From Candidatus Magasanikiibacteriota bacterium (GTDB taxonomy: Bacteria; Patescibacteriota; Patescibacteriia; Magasanikbacterales; GWA2-37-8), in the NCBI GenBank assembly GCA_023246655.1, contig JAHFHX010000003.1:24875-88874 (forward strand): a DNA stretch of 64,000 nt, read 5' to 3'. The position numbers and the translations under genes were made by a program. Within the stretch, counting starts at the first letter, position 1. The number at the start of each line of letters is the position of its first letter. Below the pieces are notes generated by a model that had not been told where the DNA came from, searched no databases, and saw only the letters and a list, made by a program, of their open reading frames with translations. Shown in pieces: positions 48,280 to 58,161 of this stretch.

Positions 48280-48933
48280 TTATAATTCTAAAAATGCAAA
48301 TAGTTTTGGGTCCTCAAGCGATTCCACCGTACTATCAGCTGACGAAAAATCTCCCCAACTCCAACGCGGATTTGGTACCGCAATACAGGCCATGCCGGCC
48401 GCCTGGGCCGATTGTAAACCGTTGATCGAATCTTCAACCACCACACAATCGGCTGGCTGAACGTGCAAAACCTTGGCGGCGTACAAATAAATTGCTGGAT
48501 CCGGCTTGCCCACAAAATTAACATGATCAGTCGACACGAGCGTATCAAAATAATTTTCCCAATGAAAGCGTTGAACAATTGTTTCAATACGGTATAAAAA
48601 TGATCCTGATGCAATAGCAGTTTTAAACCCATGCGCGCGCAGCCTCGGGAGGAGTGTTTCCACCCCTGGCAAAATGCCCGACGCTTGGGTATAAATATGA
48701 TCCGTTAGCTTCACCCGCTCCTCACACAACTCTTCAACGCTCTCGCTAAAACCAAATTCCTGCTTTACCCAAAGCATATTTTCTCGCATGCTATGACCAA
48801 CCAGCTGCGCTTTAAGTTGTTTAGTATAAGGAATATTGCGTTTTCCAAAAAAATTTCTTCCTTCCTCATCCCAATAGAGCTCACTGTCGATCAAGACACC
48901 GTCCATGTCGAAAATAATTGCTTTGAAATGCAT
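48280..48933 (-). CDS. HAD-superfamily phosphatase
   Basis: FDMDGVLIDSE, GKPDP, VEDS.NG. Confidence 0.92.
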   Translation of the reverse strand: MHFKAIIFDMDGVLIDSELYWDEEGRNFFGKRNIPYTKQLKAQLVGHSMRENMLWVKQEFGFSESVEELCEERVKLTDHIYTQASGILPGVETLLPRLRAHGFKTAIASGSFLYRIETIVQRFHWENYFDTLVSTDHVNFVGKPDPAIYLYAAKVLHVQPADCVVVEDSINGLQSAQAAGMACIAVPNPRWSWGDFSSADSTVESLEDPKLFAFLEL

Positions 48934-49005
48934 ATGAATTTTTTCTCGAGGAAAAATTCACTTCGTAGCGAGCGGGTCGCGAGCGAAGAAGATTCCTTTT
49001 TTAAA

Positions 49006-50850
49006 CTATTCCACCGTCACACTCTTCGCCAAGTTCCGTGGCCGATCCACATCCCGACCCAATAACACGGCCATATGATACGCAAATAACTGTAGCGGTA
49101 AGGTGTTAATGAGCGGCTCCAACAATTCCATCGTCGGTGGCACAAAAATGACGTCATCAGCTAATTCTTTCGCCTGCTCATCTCCTTCCGTTGCGATGAG
49201 AATGACGGGGGCTTGACGCGCACGAATTTCTTCGATATTACTGCGCATTTTATCATACAACTGATTCTTTGTCAGGATAGCAAACACCGGAAAATCGGGC
49301 GAGAGGAGAGCAATGGGCCCGTGTTTCATCTCTCCGCCCGGGTACGCTTCGCTATGAATATAAGTAATCTCTTTGAGTTTAAGTGATCCTTCGAGCGCCA
49401 CGGGATAATTGATCCCCCGACCCAAAAAGAAAAAATTTTTATAGTGCTGATATTTTTCTGCCAGCATCTTAATATAATCTCCTTGACGAAGAATTTTTTC
49501 CATCTTTTCCGATACCTCCCGGAGTGCTGCAACCACCCGTTGCCCGGTGGCAACCGTCACCCGCCGGGTCCGACCAAATTGCAAAGCATACATCAGCAAT
49601 ACGGCTACCATATTAGTGTATGCCTTAGTGGATGCCACCGCGAGCTCTGGTCCGGCATGAATGTAGGTGCCACCATCAGTTTCGCGGGCAATGGTTGAAC
49701 CAACCACGTTCACAATACCGCGGACATAAGCCCCCTTACGCTTGGCTTCACGCAACGCTGCAATGGTATCAGCGGTTTCACCAGATTGGGATACACCAAA
49801 TACCAACGTCTGGCGATCAATAATCGGATCACGATATCGAAATTCACTGGCTACCTCCACATCAGTGGGGATACCTGCCAACCGTTCAAAAGCATATTTG
49901 CCCACTAAAGCCGCATACGAAGCAGTACCACAAGCGATTAAAATTATCCGATTAACTGAATGCATCTGCGCCTCTGTCATGTTCAACCCCCCCAGATGCG
50001 CCGTTCCTTCATCTTCAACCAAACGCCCTCGAAGGGCATCCTTAATGACCGTAGGTTGATCAATAATTTCCTTCAACATAAAGTGGCTGTAGCCACCTTT
50101 CTCAGCTTGATCCTCGTTCCAATCAATATGCTCAGCTGCCTTAATTATTTCCTGATCTTCCAAGTTAAAAATTTGCAGTCCGTGATCGGTAATTTCAGCA
50201 ATCTCACCATCATCCAAAAAAATAACTTGCTGAGTGTAAGCCAGCATCGGTGAAGTATCCGAAGCAACATAGTATTCCTTATCACCAACCCCAACCACCA
50301 ACGGACTCCCCAAACGCGCTGCCACTAATTTACGTGGTTCATTTTTATGCATCACCACCAGGCCATAGGTACCCCGCACATGCTGCAAGGCTTTCTGCAC
50401 TGCTAAACGAAGATCCCCCTGATAATGGACCTCAATAAGATGCGCCAAAATTTCGGTATCGGTCTTGGATCGAAGTGTGTGGTCTTTCAAAAAACCGCTC
50501 CGGAGTTCGCGGTAATTTTCAATAATACCATTATGGACAACAATAATATCACCGCTACAATCCGTATGTGGATGGGCGTTCTCTTCCGTAACACCACCGT
50601 GCGTGGCCCACCGCGTGTGGGCAATGCCCATGGTACTGTTGAGTGTCATGGTCTTGAGCTTCTCCGCCAAATTATCAATTTTACCAACCGCTCGCACTCG
50701 CTCAATTGTCGTTTCGCTATTTTTTTCTGACTGCTGATTCAAAACTGCAATACCAGCCGAATCATAACCCCGATATTCCAAACGCCGCAGACCTTTAACC
50801 AAAATAGGTAAGGCTGATTTTGTTCCAATATAGCCAACAATTCCACACAT
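49006..50850 (-). CDS. glmS: Glutamine--fructose-6-phosphate aminotransferase (isomerizing)
   Basis: MCGIVG start, EYRGYDSAG, HTRWATHG, SQSGETAD, PRNLAKSVTVE. Confidence 0.98.
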   Translation of the reverse strand: MCGIVGYIGTKSALPILVKGLRRLEYRGYDSAGIAVLNQQSEKNSETTIERVRAVGKIDNLAEKLKTMTLNSTMGIAHTRWATHGGVTEENAHPHTDCSGDIIVVHNGIIENYRELRSGFLKDHTLRSKTDTEILAHLIEVHYQGDLRLAVQKALQHVRGTYGLVVMHKNEPRKLVAARLGSPLVVGVGDKEYYVASDTSPMLAYTQQVIFLDDGEIAEITDHGLQIFNLEDQEIIKAAEHIDWNEDQAEKGGYSHFMLKEIIDQPTVIKDALRGRLVEDEGTAHLGGLNMTEAQMHSVNRIILIACGTASYAALVGKYAFERLAGIPTDVEVASEFRYRDPIIDRQTLVFGVSQSGETADTIAALREAKRKGAYVRGIVNVVGSTIARETDGGTYIHAGPELAVASTKAYTNMVAVLLMYALQFGRTRRVTVATGQRVVAALREVSEKMEKILRQGDYIKMLAEKYQHYKNFFFLGRGINYPVALEGSLKLKEITYIHSEAYPGGEMKHGPIALLSPDFPVFAILTKNQLYDKMRSNIEEIRARQAPVILIATEGDEQAKELADDVIFVPPTMELLEPLINTLPLQLFAYHMAVLLGRDVDRPRNLAKSVTVE

Positions 50851-50861
50851 ATAAAATAAAC

Positions 50862-51632
50862 TTAATTTTTCTCCATTCGTTTTCGCCGATCTGCTTCTGC
50901 TAACTGTTCCGGCGTATTTACGCCAAACCACTCACTATTATCAGGCAATTGCATCAGGCGATATGGTTGATGCTCGGCATGTGCCATCGCCAGTGCGGTG
51001 GGGAGGCCATACTCACCGAGCTTGCGAAGCTTGGGCATGGTTAAAAACATCGCTTCAAACCAAGCCCGATTAAACACAAACGTTCCGGTGCTAATTTCCT
51101 TAATTAATGTTTGTTCGGCAGTAAGATATTCTTTCTCAATAATTTCCACTCTACCATCCGGATGCCGTATAATCCGACCGAGTGCTGCTGGGTTATCTGC
51201 CAATGCCGTCAGAAGAGTCAAAACTGGCTTCTCTACAAGATGAATGTGCATTAAAGATTGTAAGGTTTCAGGACGATAAAAGGCACTATCATCACCGCCG
51301 AGTACCAGCACATCGGTAACTGACAAAGGCAATGCCCGCATGCCAGCATATGCAGCGTGAGCCGTGCCCAACAATTCCTCTTGAAAAGCATAACTTACCG
51401 TTGCCCCCAAATATTTCATCAGGCGCTCTTTTTGAAAATTAACTACCAAACAAATGTGCTGTGGAGAAAAACCTAATTGTTGCAACGTTTCAATAGTATA
51501 ATGTATCATTGGTCGCCCACCAATTTCGGCCATTACCTTGGGGCCAGTTGTATGCTTAAGACGCGTGCCTTTGCCCGCGGCTAAAACGACAACACCGATA
51601 GTTGACAAAACTAAATCTTTTCCAGTTGGCAT
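50862..51632 (-). CDS. Nucleotidyltransferase, stand-alone GlmU N-terminal (uridylyltransferase) domain
   Basis: LAAGKGTR, PKV, Q.ELLGTAHA, GRIIR, GVNT..QL; no left-handed beta-helix. Confidence 0.82.
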   Translation of the reverse strand: MPTGKDLVLSTIGVVVLAAGKGTRLKHTTGPKVMAEIGGRPMIHYTIETLQQLGFSPQHICLVVNFQKERLMKYLGATVSYAFQEELLGTAHAAYAGMRALPLSVTDVLVLGGDDSAFYRPETLQSLMHIHLVEKPVLTLLTALADNPAALGRIIRHPDGRVEIIEKEYLTAEQTLIKEISTGTFVFNRAWFEAMFLTMPKLRKLGEYGLPTALAMAHAEHQPYRLMQLPDNSEWFGVNTPEQLAEADRRKRMEKN

Positions 51633-51652
51633 AGATATGGATAAACAGCGCA

Positions 51653-52426
51653 CTAAGAAAAAGCAAAATCTACTACTAAAGGAAAATGATCAGACGCCTC
51701 CAAGGATTCCCCAGCAGTATAAAAAAAGACTTCTTTGATATATGAGGCTAATCCCGGAGAAACAAAGATATAATCCAAACGCAGAGGAACAATATGGGTT
51801 GGATCCTCCCGCAGGGAAGTAGGTACAGAAGAAACTGGATACCGCCCCTTTATATCGAAAACATCATGTAATCCAGCGTCTAAGATACTATTAATAACAT
51901 CGTAGCGCAATGCTGCGTCACCAAATTTTCTAATACTTTTTCTCTGCAATGATAAAAAAATATCCTGGGTATAACAATCAGCCGGAGACAGTGAGTTAAA
52001 ATCACCCATCATAATGAGATTTTTTTCTAATCCAAAATGGCTAAGAATAAGACGAACTTCTTTAAATCGCTCGTCCTCTGAACGCGGATCAAGATGCACC
52101 AGTACGATTGTCACTTCACCGATATCCGGAGAATAATATCGCGCTACCGCGCTTCCATGCCAAAGGCCAACCCGTTCGCAACGAGTGTTAAAAAGTGAGA
52201 AAAGCGATAAAAAAACTAAATGGTATGCGGTATTGGCCTGGCAAAAAAAACTGTTGTGAAGACCGGTTGCCGCTTGCATATAACGTAATACTTGGTAATT
52301 ATCATCATGCCAACCGTTGGCTTCACAAAAACCCACGATATCAGGAGAACAGTCACGCACGACCTGGGCAATCCTTCCAAGCCGATTAACGCCGCCTTTA
52401 TAAATATTGTAAGACAAAAATCTCAT
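51653..52426 (-). CDS. Endonuclease/exonuclease/phosphatase family protein
   Basis: SYNI, PDIVGFCEA, GDFNS, RLDYIF, ASDHFP. Confidence 0.9.
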   Translation of the reverse strand: MRFLSYNIYKGGVNRLGRIAQVVRDCSPDIVGFCEANGWHDDNYQVLRYMQAATGLHNSFFCQANTAYHLVFLSLFSLFNTRCERVGLWHGSAVARYYSPDIGEVTIVLVHLDPRSEDERFKEVRLILSHFGLEKNLIMMGDFNSLSPADCYTQDIFLSLQRKSIRKFGDAALRYDVINSILDAGLHDVFDIKGRYPVSSVPTSLREDPTHIVPLRLDYIFVSPGLASYIKEVFFYTAGESLEASDHFPLVVDFAFS

Positions 52427-52441
52427 ATCAATTGGGATGTT

Positions 52442-52474
52442 GAGGGTGGTGCCGTGATGACGGCACCAACCCTC
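52442..52474 (-). terminator. GC-rich hairpin downstream of the high-GC gene
   Basis: GAGGGTGGTGCCGT-loop-ACGGCACCAACCCTC. Confidence 0.5.
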
Positions 52475-52482
52475 CAAGACAC

Positions 52483-53442
52483 TTAGAGAAACGGTCGCAT
52501 CAGTTCAAGAAACTTCTGCAGACGTTCCTCACGAGTCTTCGCGTCAGCCGCAGCGGCTTGGCTCGTATTATCAAACACGGCCTCCATGATCCGCTGACGG
52601 ATAGCGCCAGCCGGATACGGAATGAGTCGAATCGCGAGCTCGCGAAGCGTGTCAACGTCGGTCGTACCCTCTAGGAGAGCGAGACGCTGACGCGCGTCCA
52701 GGCTGAGCACACGGCTGTCAGGAAGGGACTCAAGAGCGGAGCGTACGAAGCAACGCAATGAGTCGGGCAAGCGGTCGAGGGAATGCGCAAAAGGCGCTTC
52801 CCAGTCCGGATCAACAGCCATCAAGTCGAAACGCAGGCGTCGCAGCACCCCGAGGGGGGTGAACTTGCGCTCGACTTCAGCTGCAACGATGGCTGCATCG
52901 CTCGGATTGGGATAGTGCACCCAGTACTTCCCCTCATGGAGGACCAACGGTGGGAAAATGTCGATGTACACCACCAGGTCTCCGTCGCGGGTGGCGAAAT
53001 TAGACAGGCGGGCGTCGATGCCAACGCACCTCTGGCCTTCCACCAGAAGTTTGCTGATGGCACCAACGATTGCCGGTAGCACCGATCGGACACGCTCAGG
53101 GCAGCGCTGCACGAAACTCATGCAGTCCTCCCCCTCATCCGAAACCAGGTGAACCGGGCAAACGTTAACTGAATAGATCCCATAGACGCTGGGCAAAGGC
53201 ACATCGTGCCTAGCCAATTCGTCACGAAAAAATTCAGTCACCCCGTTGATATGCTCCACTGCCTGGGAGCGCTCCGCATCCGGCAAGTGCTGGAAAACAC
53301 CCTGGGAAGGCAACTTTATGACCCACTGGTCGTTACCGCACTCCACGCCGATGATCTCGGCGTAACGAGAGCTCCTCCTCCACCTAACACGGGGCTCCGA
53401 GAGAGCCGCCCCGAACAATTTCAGTAGCTTTGCGGTCTCCAT
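52483..53442 (-). CDS. Hypothetical high-GC protein, possibly kinase-like fold
   Basis: GGAGG SD before METAK; VIK, IDARLSNF, VYIDIFPP weakly resemble kinase-like motifs. Confidence 0.55.
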   Translation of the reverse strand: METAKLLKLFGAALSEPRVRWRRSSRYAEIIGVECGNDQWVIKLPSQGVFQHLPDAERSQAVEHINGVTEFFRDELARHDVPLPSVYGIYSVNVCPVHLVSDEGEDCMSFVQRCPERVRSVLPAIVGAISKLLVEGQRCVGIDARLSNFATRDGDLVVYIDIFPPLVLHEGKYWVHYPNPSDAAIVAAEVERKFTPLGVLRRLRFDLMAVDPDWEAPFAHSLDRLPDSLRCFVRSALESLPDSRVLSLDARQRLALLEGTTDVDTLRELAIRLIPYPAGAIRQRIMEAVFDNTSQAAAADAKTREERLQKFLELMRPFL

Positions 53443-53537
53443 AGAGCCTCCTTTCATTGTCTTCAAGGCTCAAATAACAAGCCCCAGAGAATTGATATTT
53501 AACAAACATCAACTATTCAGGGTTCATTTAAAAAAAC

Positions 53538-54272
53538 TTAAAGTTTACTCCACAACTCATCAAAAATCACCCGCTGTGTTTGATGTACTCCTTCATTTTC
53601 AATTACCACACCCACCGGTTCCTGTTGAGCGTTTAAGGAAATATAGGCTGTTTTGCCTGGATAAATAATAATATACGTTGGCGTAGCACTAGCGGCCTTG
53701 AGCCACTTGCGTTCATCCAGCCCACGCAACTCCCCGCCCTCACCAATTGCAATCACTTTCACTGCAATCCCTTTGGCTACCCGCACATCACTAAAGGTTT
53801 CAAAACCGGCATATAGATATTCACGGATACCAGCCGTAGAATAAATGCGATACTCAAGATCTGCTCTCTCTTCACAGACCTTTAACACATCTTCCAAAAT
53901 GTTATGTATCTCGTCGCGCGCAAAATAACGTGCCACTGGTTGTTCGCCGCCCCGATGATGCAGCGACCGCAATTCGGGAATAATGGTTTGCAAATTTTCC
54001 TCCGCTTCTTTCAGTTCTTCCTTTTCTTTTTCCACAACAAGCCGCAACTTCTCAGGGTCCTCAGCCACAAAATACTGTTTACTTTCCTTGGCATAAAAAT
54101 CTACCAGGCCACGCTCCTGGAGCCATTTTAGCCCATCATAGACTACGCCTCGATTTAGCTTACTAGCCTCGGCTACTTTTCTAACTGGTGCTGGGCCTAA
54201 TCCTAAGAGCGTCAGGTATATGGTAGCTACTTTTTCGGAAAACCCAATTTTTTTAAGAATACTGATATCCAT
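53538..54272 (-). CDS. TrmB-family transcriptional regulator
   Basis: N-terminal TrmB HTH (IYLTLLGLG...NRGVVYD.L..L...GLV), AEDPE, C-terminal domain ending FDELW. Confidence 0.85.
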   Translation of the reverse strand: MDISILKKIGFSEKVATIYLTLLGLGPAPVRKVAEASKLNRGVVYDGLKWLQERGLVDFYAKESKQYFVAEDPEKLRLVVEKEKEELKEAEENLQTIIPELRSLHHRGGEQPVARYFARDEIHNILEDVLKVCEERADLEYRIYSTAGIREYLYAGFETFSDVRVAKGIAVKVIAIGEGGELRGLDERKWLKAASATPTYIIIYPGKTAYISLNAQQEPVGVVIENEGVHQTQRVIFDELWSKL

Positions 54273-54450
54273 GTGATAGAATCTGACAAAAAAATCTAGA
54301 CTATGATTAATACGATATGGCTATTTTTAACTAATTCTAAGTATAACAAAGCATTTCTAATTGTCAAATTTCTTGTAACAATAGTTGTGGATAACTAAAA
54401 ATTACCTTATACAAAGATCATACTATATGAGCAGTGCTCATTAATTTTAT

Positions 54451-54565
54451 TATAATATAGCCAAAATTATTATATTTTTGCCGTGAGGACCTAGCGAGCC
54501 TGTCACAATTGGCCGTGGCGAGCGAACCCGCAACAAGAAAATATAATAATTTTGGCTATATTATA
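54451..54565. repeat. MITE-like element with 28-bp perfect terminal inverted repeats
   Basis: TATAATATAGCCAAAATTATTATATTTT (54451-54478) / AAAATATAATAATTTTGGCTATATTATA (54538-54565) around a GC-rich core. Confidence 0.8.
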
Positions 54566-54651
54566 GAGTTTGACAACTAGCCCTGGTCATTACTATGGTA
54601 AAAAATCTGTAGTTGAGGTATAATGAGCCCGTAAATAATTTACCTAAACGC

Positions 54652-55812
54652 ATGAAAAAAATCTTTGTCCTCACCGGTGGGGGGTTAGCTCCAGCCTTAA
54701 ACCCAACCCTCTATGGAGTAATTACGGCAGCGCGAGAACGTGGTTGGAGTGTGATAGGGGGGTTGTTTGGCTGGGCTTCGCTCTTGCGTAATGGCCAACA
54801 CATTGATCTTGATAATCTCCCGATTGAAGCAATCCGTAATGTTGGTGGAACCTTCCTGCGCTCCTCGCGCACTAACCCGTTCGCCTTTACCGATGGTATC
54901 TATCAACTAAAAGAACGACTACACGATCTTGGTATTGATGCGGTGGTAGCGATTGGCGGAGACGATACGCTGGGAGCGGCAGCTGAACTATTCCGTGAAG
55001 GAATTCCGGTTGTGGGAATTCCCAAAACGATTGATAATGATCTTGCCGGCACCTATTACACACCCGGCTTCCCTTCCGCCGCCCACTATTTAAGTTCCTT
55101 CACCAACGAAATCCGTGAAGATGCTGCCTACGCACTATCTCGTATTTTTATCATCGAATCCATGGGTATGAAAGCTGGCTGGCTCGCCGCGGCTGCCCGC
55201 TACGGGAACGCCGACATTATTGTTCCTCCCGAGCAACCAGTTTCATTGCGGGCCATGCTTGGTGCGCTGGAAAAACGCTACACCGAAAATGGAAACTACG
55301 CCGTGGTGGTAGTGGCCCAAGAAGCACACTTTGATGAACCGCTTGAGCGTATCCGCGATCATTATATTGATGAACAATACGGCCACCAACGCCACAGTTT
55401 TATTTGTGTGAGCTTGCGGGAAAAAATTAAAAAGGAATTGGGAGTTGATACTAAAGCACTCTACCCGGGAAACTGGCTTGAAACTGGTCGCCCTATTCCA
55501 CTGGATCGTGATATCGCTATCAATCTAGGTCACCACGCCATAAAAATGATTGCCGAAGCACGGCTTGGTTACATGGCTGCCATTGTTCGGCCTGATGAAA
55601 AAAAGACTGATCTCGCCGTGAGCGAAATAGCCCTGAGTGCTATTGTTGGTAAACAAAATTATCGCATTATGCCGCCTGGTTTTTTTGATTTTTCTAACTT
55701 CCAACCCACCGCGGCCTTTTGCGACTATATGGAACCGATCCTCGGCCGGTGTGAACCAAAGGATGACGACTACACCAAACTTATTAAAAAAATTACGAGC
55801 CAGGTTGGGTAA
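54652..55812 (+). CDS. 6-phosphofructokinase, PPi-dependent signature
   Basis: LTGGG.APALN, GGTFLRSSR, GGDDT, PKTIDND, MG..AGW. Confidence 0.88.
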   Translation: MKKIFVLTGGGLAPALNPTLYGVITAARERGWSVIGGLFGWASLLRNGQHIDLDNLPIEAIRNVGGTFLRSSRTNPFAFTDGIYQLKERLHDLGIDAVVAIGGDDTLGAAAELFREGIPVVGIPKTIDNDLAGTYYTPGFPSAAHYLSSFTNEIREDAAYALSRIFIIESMGMKAGWLAAAARYGNADIIVPPEQPVSLRAMLGALEKRYTENGNYAVVVVAQEAHFDEPLERIRDHYIDEQYGHQRHSFICVSLREKIKKELGVDTKALYPGNWLETGRPIPLDRDIAINLGHHAIKMIAEARLGYMAAIVRPDEKKTDLAVSEIALSAIVGKQNYRIMPPGFFDFSNFQPTAAFCDYMEPILGRCEPKDDDYTKLIKKITSQVG

Positions 55813-55827
55813 CCTGGCTTTTTTCTT

Positions 55828-57000
55828 CTAGCGCCGCTGCCGTCCATGGAAACGGCGGATGCGCTCCGGCGTGGGGATGGTCCATGGTCCTTGATTTCCG
55901 ACCTTGTGTCCGGAAACAAAGACGGCGTCACGAATCACCGTGACCAACCGATCCCAGCTGCCGATAGGTCGCTCCATTTGCCGAGCGAGGATGGTAGCGA
56001 GGAAGGAATCCCCGGCACCTGTGGGTTCCACCACTTTGGTCCGCTCCGCAATTGGACGCTGGTGGAAGGTGCCCCCGGCATACGCCACCACTGCCCCCTC
56101 TTTATCGAGGGTAACGATGGTAATGGCAGCGCCGAGTTTGGCGACCTCGCCAATGCGCTCAGGCACGAACGTGCCCCCGATGAGGAGCCCGGCCTCGTGC
56201 GCGTTCATCACGAGGAGATCGAGTTCCCGAATGAGCGCCACCACCTGTGGCCGCAAGTGGTGCTGGGCAGGGTCGATGAGATTGGGGTGCGGCACCAGCG
56301 CCACAAAGGGCTGGTTGCTGCGGCGGTGCCCCTGCCGCAAGCGGCGCACAGTGTCCTCCGCAAAGCTGAAATCACTGGGCCGAAGGCTGGTGAAGGCCAC
56401 CGTCCGCGGACGGATCAACTCCGCCACGTATTCCCCAATGCCCGTGGAAAGGACATGCCGCCCCTTCTTGCACAGGAGGAGAATGCGGCCAGTGCCGCGC
56501 TCGCGCAGGCGCACCGAGAACGACGTCAGGTTAGCCGGAATGACGCCATACTCAATACCCCACTGCTCCAGGTCGCGGAGCAACTCAACGCCGTCCGCAT
56601 CCACCTGGCCGTCCTTACCGACGCCAACCGCACCAACCCCACCAACCAGCCTGTTGGGCAAAAGTTGGCGCAAATCGATGAGGGCGTTCCCCGTGCTCCC
56701 CGAGGTGACGGTTCCGCCGTCGCGCTTGCCCCAAAAGGCAACCTGCTCGCCACCGTCCTTCAAGGTGACGATAAAGTTGCCACCCTGCCCTTTGGGGGTG
56801 CAGTGGATGGCGGCGACGGTGAGCTTTTCCCCCTGCTTTTTGCCCTGCCGAGCTGCCTCCAGGAGCTGGGTAGGGATCTGGTCTACTGCAATGCGTTGCT
56901 GCCGGTCCAGGCTTGCCAGGACCAGGCAGTCAACCTCACCCAACCCATCCGTCCATTTGAAGAACGGGGGGCTGAGACGCCGATGCTTTCTTCGCGTCAT
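55828..57000 (-). CDS. PfkB/ribokinase-family carbohydrate kinase (high GC)
   Basis: GSTGNA, VG.DG, NAHEA, VTLDKEG, PTGAGDSF. Confidence 0.8.
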   Translation of the reverse strand: MTRRKHRRLSPPFFKWTDGLGEVDCLVLASLDRQQRIAVDQIPTQLLEAARQGKKQGEKLTVAAIHCTPKGQGGNFIVTLKDGGEQVAFWGKRDGGTVTSGSTGNALIDLRQLLPNRLVGGVGAVGVGKDGQVDADGVELLRDLEQWGIEYGVIPANLTSFSVRLRERGTGRILLLCKKGRHVLSTGIGEYVAELIRPRTVAFTSLRPSDFSFAEDTVRRLRQGHRRSNQPFVALVPHPNLIDPAQHHLRPQVVALIRELDLLVMNAHEAGLLIGGTFVPERIGEVAKLGAAITIVTLDKEGAVVAYAGGTFHQRPIAERTKVVEPTGAGDSFLATILARQMERPIGSWDRLVTVIRDAVFVSGHKVGNQGPWTIPTPERIRRFHGRQRR

Positions 57001-57087
57001 TTCCCGTCTCCTTGATGACGGTTAGGGTTTAGGAACCAAATTTACCCTAACACCAATTTAACTAATCCGTCAATAGATCGCTGCAAA

Positions 57088-57111
57088 ACAAAAACTGCCC
57101 TCTGGGGGCAG
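57088..57111 (-). terminator. Putative terminator after gap
   Basis: CTGCCC-loop-GGGCAG followed by a U-tract on the minus strand. Confidence 0.55.
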
Positions 57112-57144
57112 CTGTTATGAACAAAAATCAATTATTCCAAACCG

Positions 57145-58161
57145 TCATGGCCTTCCTTGCCTTTCGCCTATCGTCTCTACTAATTTCGCCAATTGCGTCA
57201 CATATCCCCACTCGTTATCATACCAGGCTTGGACAAATACTTGGGTACCACCAGTAACCAAGGTGGACAGAGTGTCAATGGTCGCACCATAGGGGGAACG
57301 AATGTAATCCACTGAAACCAAACCAACTTCTGAGGTTGCTAAACGATTGGGATGCACTTGGGCAGCGTTTTTAAATAATTCATTCACCTCGCCAGCGGTG
57401 GTTGGCTTGTTTACTTCTGCCACAAAACTCAAAATTGATGGCACTGCTACTGGCACACGCAAGGCATTGCCATCGAGTTTACCCAAAAGTTCGGGAATTA
57501 CTTTGCCAATGGCTTTGGCCGCTCCGGTTGACGTTGGCACTATTGACATCCCGGCCGCGCGTGAACGCCGAAAACTTTTATCTTTGTGCGGGTTGTCTAC
57601 TAAATGTTGGTCGTTAGTATAGGCATGTGTTGTAATCACCGTACCATGTTTAACACCAAAAGCCTCATGCAAAATTTTAACAACTGGCGCGAGGCACGTG
57701 GTGGTGCATGAGGCAGCAGAAATTATTTTATGTTTGGCCGGATCAAATAATTCATGGTTAATTCCATAAATCATAGTAATATCCTCATCTTTGGTGGGGG
57801 CGCTGATAACTACATATTTAGCTCCGGCTGCCAAATGCTTTTCCGAAGCTGCCCGATTCTTAAACACTCCAGTTGATTCAATTACCACATCAACATCATA
57901 ACTTCCCCAAGGCGCTCGCTCTAACTCATTTTCATGGTGCAAAGGAATGTTCTTACCATCAATAACAAGCATCTCATTACCTACAAACGAAACTGGCCAC
58001 TCCCACGGTCCATAGACTGAATCATATTTTAACAGGTGGGCATAAATATCCGCCCCCGAACGACTATTAATTGCAACAAGCTCAAACACTGGGTTACCCC
58101 AGATAACACGAGTAAGAATACGACCGATACGGCCGAAGCCGTTGATAGCGATGCGAAGCAT
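57145..58161 (-). CDS. gap: Glyceraldehyde-3-phosphate dehydrogenase, type I
   Basis: INGFGRIGR, ESTG, ASCTTTCLAP, PTSTGAAKA, WYDNEWGY. Confidence 0.96.
   Translation of the reverse strand: MLRIAINGFGRIGRILTRVIWGNPVFELVAINSRSGADIYAHLLKYDSVYGPWEWPVSFVGNEMLVIDGKNIPLHHENELERAPWGSYDVDVVIESTGVFKNRAASEKHLAAGAKYVVISAPTKDEDITMIYGINHELFDPAKHKIISAASCTTTCLAPVVKILHEAFGVKHGTVITTHAYTNDQHLVDNPHKDKSFRRSRAAGMSIVPTSTGAAKAIGKVIPELLGKLDGNALRVPVAVPSILSFVAEVNKPTTAGEVNELFKNAAQVHPNRLATSEVGLVSVDYIRSPYGATIDTLSTLVTGGTQVFVQAWYDNEWGYVTQLAKLVETIGERQGRP

Noticed and set aside
55846-57025. Two long plus-strand ORFs (389 and 373 aa)
   Set aside because: Antisense shadows of the high-GC PfkB gene, which has the recognisable motifs
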